A DNA stretch of 64,000 nucleotides from NCBI GenBank assembly GCA_965217115.1, contig OZ244239.1, forward strand, positions 582,392-646,391, written 5' to 3'. Position numbers and translations under genes: made by a program. The notes under the pieces are model-generated. The model was not told the origin of the DNA, ran no database searches, and saw only the letters and a program-made list of their open reading frames with translations. Each line of letters opens with the position of its first letter. Position 1 is the stretch's first letter. Origin of the DNA: Bdellovibrionales bacterium. Lineage in GTDB: Bacteria > Bdellovibrionota > Bdellovibrionia > Bdellovibrionales > CAYMLA01. Shown piece by piece: positions 38,332 through 48,390 of this stretch.

Positions 38332-39054
38332 GTGAAGAAATGGAATTATGACAATGATCAGTGGACCAAACTGCCCTCTCATCTGAAACACCTACCTTTG
38401 TTCACACGACATATTGACCTGATGAGTATCTTTATACGCATGTGCTGGGCCTTTCTCTTGAGAGGAATTATTTTCCGTTATTTTATTCGTTTAAAAGTAA
38501 TTGGTCATTACAAAGATATATACAAATCCCATCCCCGTCTTCTTGTTATCTCTAACCATTCAAGCCATTTGGATGCGGCGGCAATCACTGCTTCTATGCC
38601 TATGAGCTATTGGTTACATCTTTACATTGCTGCAGCTAAGGATTATTTTTTCTCTAATTTTCTTTTTACTTTTTTTTCAGCCCATTGCCTTGGGGCTATC
38701 CCCATAGATCGTAAAGATAAAAAAGGCGAGGCAATCAAATTATGCACCTCTCTACTCAAAGACCTTGATCGTATTTGGCTTATTATTTTTCCTGAAGGAA
38801 CTCGCTCAAAAGATGGTTACATCCATGATTTTAAAAAAGGTCTCTCTCTCTTCTCCAGAACAACAAACACGCCTATTTTGTTCTTGTATCTAGACGAAGC
38901 TCATAAACTTTTCCCTAAAGGACAAAGATTACCCAAACCAGGAAAACTCTCTATCCACGTAGGCCCTGTCTGTCCTCCTGGTGATATCGAAGGGATCCAG
39001 AAAGCCTACAAGGATTGGGTCGCCACTATTAATCCACAGGCCTACAAAGAATAG
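38332..39054 (+). CDS. Lysophospholipid (1-acyl-sn-glycerol-3-phosphate) acyltransferase family
   Basis: NHSSHLD (HX4D) and FPEGTRS motifs. Confidence 0.8.
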   Translation: MKKWNYDNDQWTKLPSHLKHLPLFTRHIDLMSIFIRMCWAFLLRGIIFRYFIRLKVIGHYKDIYKSHPRLLVISNHSSHLDAAAITASMPMSYWLHLYIAAAKDYFFSNFLFTFFSAHCLGAIPIDRKDKKGEAIKLCTSLLKDLDRIWLIIFPEGTRSKDGYIHDFKKGLSLFSRTTNTPILFLYLDEAHKLFPKGQRLPKPGKLSIHVGPVCPPGDIEGIQKAYKDWVATINPQAYKE

Positions 39055-39175
39055 TCTCTCTTATCTCAATGGAGTACCTACATACTCAGTTCTGCTTAAA
39101 AGCTTCCATTTAAAGAGATAATTCAATAAACCTTACTGACAGCAGAGTTGTATCTGTGGTAGTTTCTGCGACGAT

Positions 39176-40990
39176 ATGGACGGAAAAATCATTCCTAATA
39201 ATTTTGTCATTGATATAGCTACTACCAACGGAAGTGGTAGCCAATCGTCGAATAATATTCTTGTGAAAAGTCTCTTTCGTATGGGTCTGCCAGTGGGAGG
39301 GAAGAATCTATTTCCTTCTAATATCCAAGGGCTTCCCACTTGGTTCACCATCAGAGTCAGTGACAAAGGGTACACTGGCCACTCTCTAGCCATTGATATG
39401 AAAATAGCTATGAATGCCACCACCATTTACAAAGACATTCAAACCGTTAAACCCAAGGGGGTTTTTCTTTACAACAAAGACCTGAAGTTCGACGATAGCC
39501 AACTCAGAGATGACACCATCAATATTGGTCTGCCCTTCCGAAAAATCGTCTCAGATGTCACAAAATCCATTCAACTTAAGAAGCTACTGACAAATATGGT
39601 TTATGTAGGAGCCTTAGGACAACTGCTCAAAATGGATTTAGATATTCTATGCAAAACTGTTTCCGATCAATTCGCTGGTAAGACCGATGTGATTAAAATC
39701 AATATCAATGCACTCAAGGCTGGTTGGGATTACACCAAAAATCATGTTACCTTTGACATTCCCTACAAAATTACGCCTCTAAAGAACACTCAATTAAATG
39801 CAGGGAAAATTCTTATCGATGGCAACACGGCGGCTGGATTGGGACTGACCTATGCTGGTTGTACTTTTGCCGCTTGGTATCCTATCACCCCGAGCAGTTC
39901 TCTGATGGAAAGTTTTTCCAATTATGCAAGTGACCTGCGCTTAGACAGTGAAGGTAAAAAGAACTTTGCTATTGTTCAAGCTGAAGACGAACTGGCTTCC
40001 ATCGCTATGGTCGCAGGGGCTGGTTGGGCTGGAGCCAGAGCCGTGACGGCGACATCTGGTCCTGGATTAAGTTTGATGGCTGAGACAGCGGGGCTCTGCT
40101 ATTTTGCCGAGATTCCCGCAGTGATATGGGATGTGCAACGGGCTGGCCCATCCACAGGACTGCCTACGCGAACAATGCAATGTGATGTTTCTTCGGCCGT
40201 AACACTCTCCCATGGAGACACCAAACATCCTGTCATTATTCCTGGAACTCCCACTGAATGTTTTGAATTTGCTCAAACAAGCCTTGATTTAGCTGAAAGA
40301 CTACAAACTCTTATCATCGTTCTCTCCGATCTCGATTTAGGAATGAATTTACATATCACCCATGATTTTGATTTTCCTAAAAATCCAATGGATCGAGGAA
40401 AGGTTTTAAAAAAAGAAGATTTAGATAATATGACTGAGTTTGCACGTTACCGCGATCTTGACGGAGACGGTATAGCTCACCGAACACTCCCTGGGACTGA
40501 GAATGATCTTGCTGCCTATTTCACCCGTGGAACAGGACATGATGAATTCAGTAAATACACCGAAGACAGCACAATCTTTCAAAACACTCTAGACCGCTTG
40601 GCTCTTAAATGGCAGACAGCCAAAAGCATTATGCCTAAGCCTGTGATTGACGACGAAGAAAATGAAGTTGGTCTTATTGCCTATGGATCTTCTGGCTCTG
40701 TTATGACAGAAACACGGGATCTCTTAAAACAAAATAACAACCTGTCTACGGACTACCTAAGATTGCGAGCCATTCCATTTAGCAATGAAGTCCATGAGTT
40801 TATCAAATCACACAAAACTCTCATTGTTATCGATCAAAATCGTAACGGTCAAATGCGTAACCTCCTACAACTCGCCTACCCTGATTCTGCGAATAAACTT
40901 TTGTCTATTTGTCACTATGATGGCTTAATGCTAGATGCTGATTTTCTTGTTCACAACATCTCACTTATTAATCAGAAATTAGAGGTTTAG
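39176..40990 (+). CDS. korA: 2-oxoacid:ferredoxin oxidoreductase, alpha (fused gamma-alpha) subunit
   Basis: The N-terminal gamma-like domain (GSGSQS.N) is followed by the PFOR alpha core (YPITPSS, QAEDE.A). Confidence 0.85.
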   Translation: MDGKIIPNNFVIDIATTNGSGSQSSNNILVKSLFRMGLPVGGKNLFPSNIQGLPTWFTIRVSDKGYTGHSLAIDMKIAMNATTIYKDIQTVKPKGVFLYNKDLKFDDSQLRDDTINIGLPFRKIVSDVTKSIQLKKLLTNMVYVGALGQLLKMDLDILCKTVSDQFAGKTDVIKININALKAGWDYTKNHVTFDIPYKITPLKNTQLNAGKILIDGNTAAGLGLTYAGCTFAAWYPITPSSSLMESFSNYASDLRLDSEGKKNFAIVQAEDELASIAMVAGAGWAGARAVTATSGPGLSLMAETAGLCYFAEIPAVIWDVQRAGPSTGLPTRTMQCDVSSAVTLSHGDTKHPVIIPGTPTECFEFAQTSLDLAERLQTLIIVLSDLDLGMNLHITHDFDFPKNPMDRGKVLKKEDLDNMTEFARYRDLDGDGIAHRTLPGTENDLAAYFTRGTGHDEFSKYTEDSTIFQNTLDRLALKWQTAKSIMPKPVIDDEENEVGLIAYGSSGSVMTETRDLLKQNNNLSTDYLRLRAIPFSNEVHEFIKSHKTLIVIDQNRNGQMRNLLQLAYPDSANKLLSICHYDGLMLDADFLVHNISLINQKLEV

Positions 40991-40994
40991 AAAA

Positions 40995-42008
40995 ATGACG
41001 ACGTCGGGTTATACTAAGGAAGATTATAAAGGTGGTAAGTCAACTCTTTGTACTGGCTGTGGACATGACAGTATTACCACGCAGATTATTAATGCTTATT
41101 CTAAATCAGATATTAATCCTTATATGGTTGCAAAAGTCTCAGGAATTGGTTGTTCCTCTAAAACTCCCGCTTATTTTCTAAAAAAATCCCATGGCTTTAA
41201 CTCTCTCCATGGACGTATGGCCCCTGTTGCTACAGGTGCCAAACTCGCCAATCATCAGCTTCAGATACTTGGAATCTCTGGAGATGGAGACACGGCCAGT
41301 ATTGGCGTGGGCGGCTTTACTCATATCATACGCCGTAATCTACCTATGGTTTATATTATTGAAAATAACGGGGTTTATGGTCTTACAAAAGGACAATTCT
41401 CTGCCACTGCTGATAAATCTTCCACGCTGAAAGCAGGAGACTTAAATCCATTTGCAAATATTGATCTATGCACGTTAGCACTTAATCTTGGAGCCACTTT
41501 TGTTGGACGATCTTTTTCGGGTGACTCCAAGCAACTTGTTCCCATGATTCAAGCGGCAATTGCCCATAAAGGAACGGCCATTCTTGATATCATTTCGCCT
41601 TGCGTGACTTTCAACAATCACAAAGGCAGCACCAAAAGCTACGACTTCATCAAAGAGACCACAACAGCCTTTCAACAACTGGGATTTGTACCCTCCTTTG
41701 AAGAAAAATCTGTGGATTACAAAGAAGGCTCCACTCAAGAAGTGGAAATGCACGATGGTTCTACACTCACTCTACGCAAGCTGATGACAGAAGAACTTGA
41801 TCTACAAAAACCGTTGTCAGCCCTCAAATTGATTGAACAATATAAATCTCAGGGACAGATCCTCACCGGAGTATTTCATATCAATACAAATAAGAAAGAT
41901 CTTATCGCTATTTTTGATTTAACGAACAGGCCTTTAGTTAGTCTTGAACAAAAGGATTTACAGCCTACCGAAGAGAGTTTGCAAAAAATTTTGACAGTTT
42001 TCCGTTAA
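40995..42008 (+). CDS. korB: 2-oxoacid:ferredoxin oxidoreductase, beta (TPP-binding) subunit
   Basis: CTGCGH, the GDGD TPP motif and NNGVYGLTKGQ. Confidence 0.88.
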   Translation: MTTSGYTKEDYKGGKSTLCTGCGHDSITTQIINAYSKSDINPYMVAKVSGIGCSSKTPAYFLKKSHGFNSLHGRMAPVATGAKLANHQLQILGISGDGDTASIGVGGFTHIIRRNLPMVYIIENNGVYGLTKGQFSATADKSSTLKAGDLNPFANIDLCTLALNLGATFVGRSFSGDSKQLVPMIQAAIAHKGTAILDIISPCVTFNNHKGSTKSYDFIKETTTAFQQLGFVPSFEEKSVDYKEGSTQEVEMHDGSTLTLRKLMTEELDLQKPLSALKLIEQYKSQGQILTGVFHINTNKKDLIAIFDLTNRPLVSLEQKDLQPTEESLQKILTVFR

Positions 42009-42254
42009 TTCCAATAGAATAATATTGCTTTATAATCAAAAGCTAATAGCGTCTCTTTTCCCTCGGCGGTGCAACTCTTTTAGCAAAAGAATTCTAGCCG
42101 TTGGTCTAGCTTGAAAACTTTGATATTCTTAAAAAAATCGCTTACTCTTTATACAGAGAAATGGGTTGGTCGGTTTTTGTAAGTTCTAACTCTCTCTCTC
42201 ACATAGGAGTTGAGTTATTTTCGCAAGTTAGACGTATCTTAAAAAAGGAAAAAC

Positions 42255-42270
42255 TGGCCCATATCTTGCC
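42255..42270 (+). promoter_or_regulatory. Sigma-54 (-24/-12) promoter candidate TGGCCC-N5-TTGCC
   Basis: GG/GC spacing is correct with one mismatch in the -24 box. It lies about 80 nt upstream of ATG 42350. Confidence 0.5.
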
Positions 42271-42349
42271 TTAGTTATAAGATTGAAAGCCGTATACTGA
42301 GTACAAATTCAAATTGGAAAATTATTTAACCTTTTAGGAGGAAAACACA

Positions 42350-43405
42350 ATGAAACAGACCAACTATTACCTTTTTGCCTTTTCTATCATTTTTGTGGCT
42401 GTACTTTCTGGCTGTGGCGCTAAGTTTAAATTTGACGGCATCCCAAATAAGAAAAAACCTGATCCTATAAAAAAAATCACTGAATCCGTTCAAGTCACTT
42501 CCACTCAGAAGGTTGTTGATATTTTAGTTATTACTGACGACTCTTTTTCTATGGAGTCGGAGCAAGAGAGACTGTCTGAACGTTTTTCAAGTTTTATTCA
42601 AGATCTCTCTGCAGTTGATTGGCAAATGGGTATCACAACGACTGATATCGACAGTGGTGGCCTTCAGGGAGAACTCTCTAATTTTTCTGATACTTCCCTT
42701 AAAATAATTAATGCCGCCACACCTAATGCTGAGCAACTATTTAAAGATACCGTACAGAGAGAAGAATTTGGAAGTTCTGATGAGCAACCCTTGGCTGCAG
42801 CTATAAAAGCTATGGAGAAGAGAGATTCTGTGAACCAAGGATTCTTTCGCGATGATGCTAATTTAGCTATTGTGGTGCTCACTGATGAAGACGAACTGAG
42901 TGATGGCCCTAGGGGAGCAACACAACCCCAGGCTGTTATTGATAAATTCTCTAGCATCTGGGGAGGAGCCGAAAAACAGTTAAGAGTTTATGGGCTTATT
43001 ATAGAGCCTGGTGATACAGCTTGTTATGACTATCAAAATGAACACGGCGGATGGGGCGCTACTTCCTATGGAACTTTTGTCGCCAACTTGGCTAGCGCAA
43101 CTGGTGGCCTAACGGGAAGTATCTGCCAATCTGATTATAGTTCGACATTACAGACCATAGGACAAAATATCGACGAATTATTTAGAAGCTACACTCTGTC
43201 TGATACTCCGAAACCTGGGTCTCTAGAAATAAGAATGATTCCTAGACGGAATATCCCATGGACTATTTCAGATAAACTCGTCACATTTGACTCAGTCGTC
43301 CCAGCAGGAACAGAAATTCGGTTTACCTACGAGAAAAAATTGACTGATCCTGACACTGATCCTGACAATGATCCTACTCCCGACGACGATGACGACGATA
43401 ATTAG
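42350..43405 (+). CDS. vWA-like lipoprotein with poly-acidic C-terminal tail
   Basis: AGGAGG RBS, lipobox LSGC, and a MIDAS-like DDSFS after a beta-strand (ILVITDDSFSM). The C-terminus is TDPDTDPDNDPTPDDDDDDN. Confidence 0.6.
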   Translation: MKQTNYYLFAFSIIFVAVLSGCGAKFKFDGIPNKKKPDPIKKITESVQVTSTQKVVDILVITDDSFSMESEQERLSERFSSFIQDLSAVDWQMGITTTDIDSGGLQGELSNFSDTSLKIINAATPNAEQLFKDTVQREEFGSSDEQPLAAAIKAMEKRDSVNQGFFRDDANLAIVVLTDEDELSDGPRGATQPQAVIDKFSSIWGGAEKQLRVYGLIIEPGDTACYDYQNEHGGWGATSYGTFVANLASATGGLTGSICQSDYSSTLQTIGQNIDELFRSYTLSDTPKPGSLEIRMIPRRNIPWTISDKLVTFDSVVPAGTEIRFTYEKKLTDPDTDPDNDPTPDDDDDDN

Positions 43406-43472
43406 GCCTCTTTTCGCCAACTAGGGATTTCCCATTGAAATCCCGCTCTTTTCTGATAAGAATAGCGTGCAT

Positions 43473-43549
43473 GGTGGTGTAGCTCAGCTGGATAGAGCAA
43501 CAGCCTTCTAAGCTGTAGGTCGAAGGTTCGAATCCTTCCACCATCACCA
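43473..43549 (+). tRNA. tRNA-Arg (anticodon TCT)
   Basis: GGTGGTGTAGCTCAGCTGGATAGAGCAACAGCCTTCTAAGCTGTAGGTCGAAGGTTCGAATCCTTCCACCATCACCA folds as a cloverleaf by eye, with anticodon loop CTTCTAA. Confidence 0.9.
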
Positions 43550-43601
43550 TCACCGCTCCTGGCGATAAATCGTATAATGGATGAATACAGAGGGTTTTAA
43601 A

Positions 43602-44132
43602 ATGATTCGTATCGAACAAATACATCATGTTGCCTACAGGTGTAGAGACGCCAAAGAGACTGTCGAGTTTTACCGAAAACACCTTAATATGGACTTACTG
43701 GTTTGTATTGCCGAAGACGAAGTCCCCTCTACCAAAGAGCCAAATCCTTATATGCATGTTTTTTTAGATGCTGGTAAAGGTAATATCCTCGCTTTTTTTG
43801 AAATTACTGGTGAAAAAGATATGAGCCGAGATCTTAATACACCTAAGTGGGTTCAACACATTGCTTTTCAAGTCGCCGACCAAAAAGCTCTTATAGAAGC
43901 CAAAAAAGAGCTCGAACAAAAAAATCTCGATATCCTCGGTATCACTGAACATGGCATCATTGAGTCTATCTATTTTTTTGACCCTAACGGACACCGTATC
44001 GAATTGACTTGTGTTACTGGTACACCTGAACAGATGGGAAAATTAAAAGATGCCGCCCCCGAAATGTTAGAGGAGTGGAGTAAAACTAAGACGCCCCCAC
44101 GGCAAGCTTCATGGCTACATGAAAAAAAATGA
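43602..44132 (+). CDS. VOC (glyoxalase/bleomycin-resistance/extradiol dioxygenase) family protein
   Basis: IHHVAYRC...FY...L...., a second H (VQHIAF) and a metal-binding E pattern (RIELT). ATG 43602 follows an AGAGGG RBS. Confidence 0.7.
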   Translation: MIRIEQIHHVAYRCRDAKETVEFYRKHLNMDLLVCIAEDEVPSTKEPNPYMHVFLDAGKGNILAFFEITGEKDMSRDLNTPKWVQHIAFQVADQKALIEAKKELEQKNLDILGITEHGIIESIYFFDPNGHRIELTCVTGTPEQMGKLKDAAPEMLEEWSKTKTPPRQASWLHEKK

Positions 44133-44149
44133 TGGAAAGAATATCCCTC

Positions 44150-45415
44150 TCAAGGGAGATTCCCCCCTTTTTCTGTCAAAAATTTCAGCGTCAATTTTTT
44201 TCCAATATCGACACCTGGCTGATCAAAAGCATTGATTTGATAGAATTCTCCTAAAGTTCCTACTATCATTTCAAATAAAACAAACATTTGTCCAAGATGA
44301 AATTCATCGATCTTATCCACAACTAGCTCCAAGCAGGAGACTCCCACTTGCTCCATACCTTGACGGGTAGCAATCGCTTCAGAAGAAAATAACTCAGATA
44401 ACGAGCGGCCTTTAAGAAAATCTTGCCCTGAAAATAGGTTTTTCTGCAAAGACAACTCTATTTCCTCCACATCTTTAAATCTTAAGAACCAAACAAACTT
44501 GTCCTTTTGCCCCTCCATCACCTGTTGCAATAGTGAGTGCTGATCACTCGTTCCAATACAAGAAAGTGGTGTGCTGACCTTAGGCCCTTCCTCTCCAGAG
44601 CTTGTTATCTTCTTAGCTAAAGATTCGGCCCATAGTTGCTCCAACCAAGCTCCAAACTCTTTCATGTATCGACTGTAAAACCAAAACATCGTTACAAATT
44701 CTTTTCTTGAAAAACTAGTGACCGTCTGCGCGACAAGCTCCTCTATCAAACCTCTATAAGTTTTTAGAACTTGTGGAATGGATTGACGAAAACTTTCAAC
44801 CTCTAGACCCAAGAACGCAGCAGGAAACATTCCTACAGGCGTTAACACAGAAAATCTTCCCCCTACATTTTCAGAAATTTCTAATCTAGGGACGTCATTC
44901 TCATTAGCCCATTGATTCAAAGGATTTAATTTTTCTTCAGAAATCACAATGGCTTTTTTAGCTAAATCAATGCCTTTTTTCAGTAATTCTTGGGATACAA
45001 AGTTTGTAAGTGCTAAGGTCTCTAAAGTCCTACCGCTTTTAGAAATTAAGACCCAGCCCGTTCGCGACCAATCGATTTCTTTTGACATCAATTCTAAAAA
45101 AACGATGGGATCTACATTATCTAAAAAATAAAGCCTTTTATGCCGTCGAAAATCCTTCAACTGCCTTTTAACTCCAAGCATCTCATCAATTACACGAACC
45201 CCTAAAGAGCTTCCTCCAATACCCACAATAACCAATTGATCATATTTCTCCCGAAACTCTTTTCCCCTCTCAGTACTTTCTCTCCAAAATTTCCCTTTCT
45301 CATGCAGGCGAAAAAAATCCACATCTTCACGTTGTAAAAGCTGATCGTAGGCCAAATTGACCTGTTTCCTTAAATTTTCACCGATAGAGGTATTATTAGA
45401 TTTGAAATGAATCAT
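44150..45415 (-). CDS. pgi: Glucose-6-phosphate isomerase (short bacterial type)
   Basis: IGIGGSSLG, SKSG.T.ET and the conserved C-terminal QPGV... region. Confidence 0.85.
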   Translation of the reverse strand: MIHFKSNNTSIGENLRKQVNLAYDQLLQREDVDFFRLHEKGKFWRESTERGKEFREKYDQLVIVGIGGSSLGVRVIDEMLGVKRQLKDFRRHKRLYFLDNVDPIVFLELMSKEIDWSRTGWVLISKSGRTLETLALTNFVSQELLKKGIDLAKKAIVISEEKLNPLNQWANENDVPRLEISENVGGRFSVLTPVGMFPAAFLGLEVESFRQSIPQVLKTYRGLIEELVAQTVTSFSRKEFVTMFWFYSRYMKEFGAWLEQLWAESLAKKITSSGEEGPKVSTPLSCIGTSDQHSLLQQVMEGQKDKFVWFLRFKDVEEIELSLQKNLFSGQDFLKGRSLSELFSSEAIATRQGMEQVGVSCLELVVDKIDEFHLGQMFVLFEMIVGTLGEFYQINAFDQPGVDIGKKLTLKFLTEKGGNLP

Positions 45416-46476
45416 CCCTTCTCCTGTTTATCGGGTAACAACACATTAATTTTCATTTTTACATAAAAAACTGCACCTAAAAGGCCCCACATTAAACTCA
45501 TCATTTGAAACAACGTCATAATATTAGGGCCCACATCAGATTCAACTCCTGTTTGATGCTTAATCAAAAAATAAATAGCGGCTTGTCCAACTCCAATACC
45601 TGCTGGAGCTAGAGGGAGAGTCGTTGCCAAAAGAGCTAACGGCATCGCAAATAGATAAACAAATAAAGGAAAATGAGCCCCTGAACCCTCTGCCAAGCTT
45701 TCTGCAAGGTTCTCTCCCATTAATTCACCACCTAGGTAAAATGCAAATATAACTGGGCACAACTGTGACAATAAACTTAATAATACGCCCATTGAAATGA
45801 CCCGAGGGTTTTTGCCATACAAGTGAAAGGCCATTAGTAACCTACAGAATCTATTAATCCAATATTTACTTTTTAACTTATTTCCACCGTTTTCTATAAC
45901 GTTTTTTTTCAATATTGTACTCTCTAAATACCTGTAAACCCAGTTAGAGAAGCCCAAACCAGAGAAAAGAAGGATTGCTACCAAGAGCCCCAAAACTCCC
46001 CAAAAAAAGACAGTCATCTCTCCTGTCTTCCAAATATGATTCCACTGATAAAACATCACTCCAAGGGCAAGTAAAAGCATAGCAACCAGACCAAACACCC
46101 GATCTATCAAAACTGTCATACCTGCATTGATCTTATGTTGAGGGTATTTTTTTATAATGTAATACCCTTTTATAACATCTCCACCGACTCCTCCTGGAAC
46201 AGCAAAATTAAAAAACTGCCCTATAAGAGTCAAACGAAATACCTCTTTAAAAGAGAGGATTATGCCCTTTGAATCAAGTAAGATCTTCCAACGCCAGTTG
46301 TTCAAAACAAGTTGTAAAAAAACAAAAAAGGCACAAATCACCCCGCCTTTAACCGTTATTGTTTCAAAAAGAAAAGTAACATCCAACATTCCATTATTAA
46401 AGAGCCAAGTCATCAGACCAACGGCTATGACTAACTTCAATAACGAAGGAATAACTGCCTTTAATTTTTTTTTCAT
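45412..46476 (-). CDS. UPF0104 / LPG-synthase-TM-like flippase-like membrane protein
   Basis: About 8 TM segments with the conserved GG.GGD..K segment (VPGGVGGDVIKGYY). It overlaps the pgi start by ATGA. Confidence 0.45.
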   Translation of the reverse strand: MKKKLKAVIPSLLKLVIAVGLMTWLFNNGMLDVTFLFETITVKGGVICAFFVFLQLVLNNWRWKILLDSKGIILSFKEVFRLTLIGQFFNFAVPGGVGGDVIKGYYIIKKYPQHKINAGMTVLIDRVFGLVAMLLLALGVMFYQWNHIWKTGEMTVFFWGVLGLLVAILLFSGLGFSNWVYRYLESTILKKNVIENGGNKLKSKYWINRFCRLLMAFHLYGKNPRVISMGVLLSLLSQLCPVIFAFYLGGELMGENLAESLAEGSGAHFPLFVYLFAMPLALLATTLPLAPAGIGVGQAAIYFLIKHQTGVESDVGPNIMTLFQMMSLMWGLLGAVFYVKMKINVLLPDKQEKG

Positions 46477-47201
46477 CTAAACCTATACGCTTGTATCAAA
46501 ATAAATTCACCACATCGTTGTTGGTGATGGAGCATTGCACACGTTCATGGTGTTTTTTACTAAATAACGACGACTTCCCTTCAATTATCTCGCTAAAATA
46601 ACCACAAGAGCCTTCTTCCGCCACTATTTCTAAAATGACGCTGCGCTCTGTTTTGTTGTGGCCCTCCACACTTTCAAAACACCTATGAACGACTCCACGA
46701 TAGAGAGTACAGAATCACCATAAAATAAGATATGAGCCTCTGTGAAAGAAATCCAAAAAAATAAATGTCGTATAAACAGTCAGAAAAATATCCCCAAACA
46801 TATCACATCATAATTAACAGCTAGATACGGGGCGCACTTTAAAATCACTTTTCACAGGCGTTCAAAGATAATCAAAAACCTACAAGAAGAACTTACTGTT
46901 AAAAAAAAAGGATATAAAACGGCTATAATAGATATTAAATTGGAAGGGTACAGACCTGATACTATCGTAAAAACCATTGATTTGATTTCTATTTTCTACA
47001 TGCAATACACTCTTAAAAAACGGGCTAGTACGACTTCTGTTATAATTATTGATTCCGCTATGGCACTGAGTGAAACAGTGAAACCCAGAAAACTTCTTTC
47101 TATACTTATTAGTTTAGTACCATTTTAGGCTTTTTCTCATCTCTCACTCTTATTCTTATTCGTGAAGCATAGGCACAAAAATAAAAAAATCAAAGAAATC
47201 T

Positions 47202-48290
47202 TCAAACTGAGGCCAAAACTATTTTGGTCACTTTTTTTATATCTTCATAACTCAAATAAGGATGCATGGGTAAGCTCACTACTCTCTGTGCCACATCCTC
47301 AGCATTAGGTGTCGATACATTCCCATAGCCCATCTCCTGGTAAATAGGTTGTTTATGCAAGGGGATCGGATAGTGCACTGCTGTGGGAATTCCTTGCCTC
47401 TTCATATTCTCAATAAATTTCTCTCTATCTGGAACCTCAATAGTGTACTGAGCAAAGACTGACGTCCGTCCCTCCTTAATCAAAGGTGTCTTCACATGGT
47501 CTTGCAGAAGTTCAGTGTACCACTCGCCAACTTGAGCTCTTTTCTTAACCTCTTCAGGGAAAATTTCTAATTTACATAATAAAATGGCTGCTTGTAATGT
47601 ATCCAAACGTCCATTAATTCCTATCAAAGTATGGGTGTATCTGGCTGACTGACCATGATTCACTAATTCTCTCAAAGTCTTAGCTAATTGATCGTCATTG
47701 GTAAAACAAGCACCTCCATCTCCATATCCAGCAAAGGGCTTAGATGGGAAAAAGCTTGTACAAGCAATGGTCGACAAACCACAAGATTTCTTATTTCCAT
47801 ACTCTGCTCCAAACGATTGTGCCCCGTCTTCTATAACAGGAATTCCATGCTTATTTGCAATAACGTTAATCCCATCCATATCAGAGCACTGACCATAGAG
47901 GCTCACAGGAATAATTGCCTTCGTTTTATCAGTGATTTTTTCTTCTATTTTTTTCCCATCAATATTATACGTGTCAGGCTCAATATCGACAAAAATAGCC
48001 TTAGCTCCTAGGAGAGAGATCACCTCCCCCGTCGCAAAAAATGTGAACGGTGTGGTGATAACTTCATCTCCAGATTTGACACCTAAAGCCAAGAGGGCCA
48101 ACAAGAGAGCATCCGTGCCATTGGAGCACCCAATACAGTGCCTTACTCCCACATACGCACTGAGCTTCTTTTCCAATTCTCCAATTTCAGGCCCATTGAT
48201 ATACTGCCCATGGGATAACACATCTTGAATTTTCTTGTCTATCTGGGGCTTAATCAGAGATTGCTGTGTTTTAAGATCTATAAAGTCCAT
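47202..48290 (-). CDS. DegT/DnrJ/EryC1/StrS-family PLP-dependent sugar aminotransferase (PglE/WecE-like)
   Basis: GPEI.ELE, CSNGTDAL and the FFPSKP Lys region. Confidence 0.88.
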   Translation of the reverse strand: MDFIDLKTQQSLIKPQIDKKIQDVLSHGQYINGPEIGELEKKLSAYVGVRHCIGCSNGTDALLLALLALGVKSGDEVITTPFTFFATGEVISLLGAKAIFVDIEPDTYNIDGKKIEEKITDKTKAIIPVSLYGQCSDMDGINVIANKHGIPVIEDGAQSFGAEYGNKKSCGLSTIACTSFFPSKPFAGYGDGGACFTNDDQLAKTLRELVNHGQSARYTHTLIGINGRLDTLQAAILLCKLEIFPEEVKKRAQVGEWYTELLQDHVKTPLIKEGRTSVFAQYTIEVPDREKFIENMKRQGIPTAVHYPIPLHKQPIYQEMGYGNVSTPNAEDVAQRVVSLPMHPYLSYEDIKKVTKIVLASV

Positions 48291-48390
48291 GATTCTCTCT
48301 CTTTTTTCATATTGAGGTTACTTCTGAATAATTATAAGATAACTATGTCTAAAAACAAAATGAACTTTTCCTAAAAAAAGGATTTATACA

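Noticed and set aside
46940-47128. 62-aa ORF in the gene-poor gap
   Set aside because: It has a TTG start without an RBS, an AT-rich hydrophobic/low-complexity translation and no family resemblance. It is treated as part of a degenerate region.
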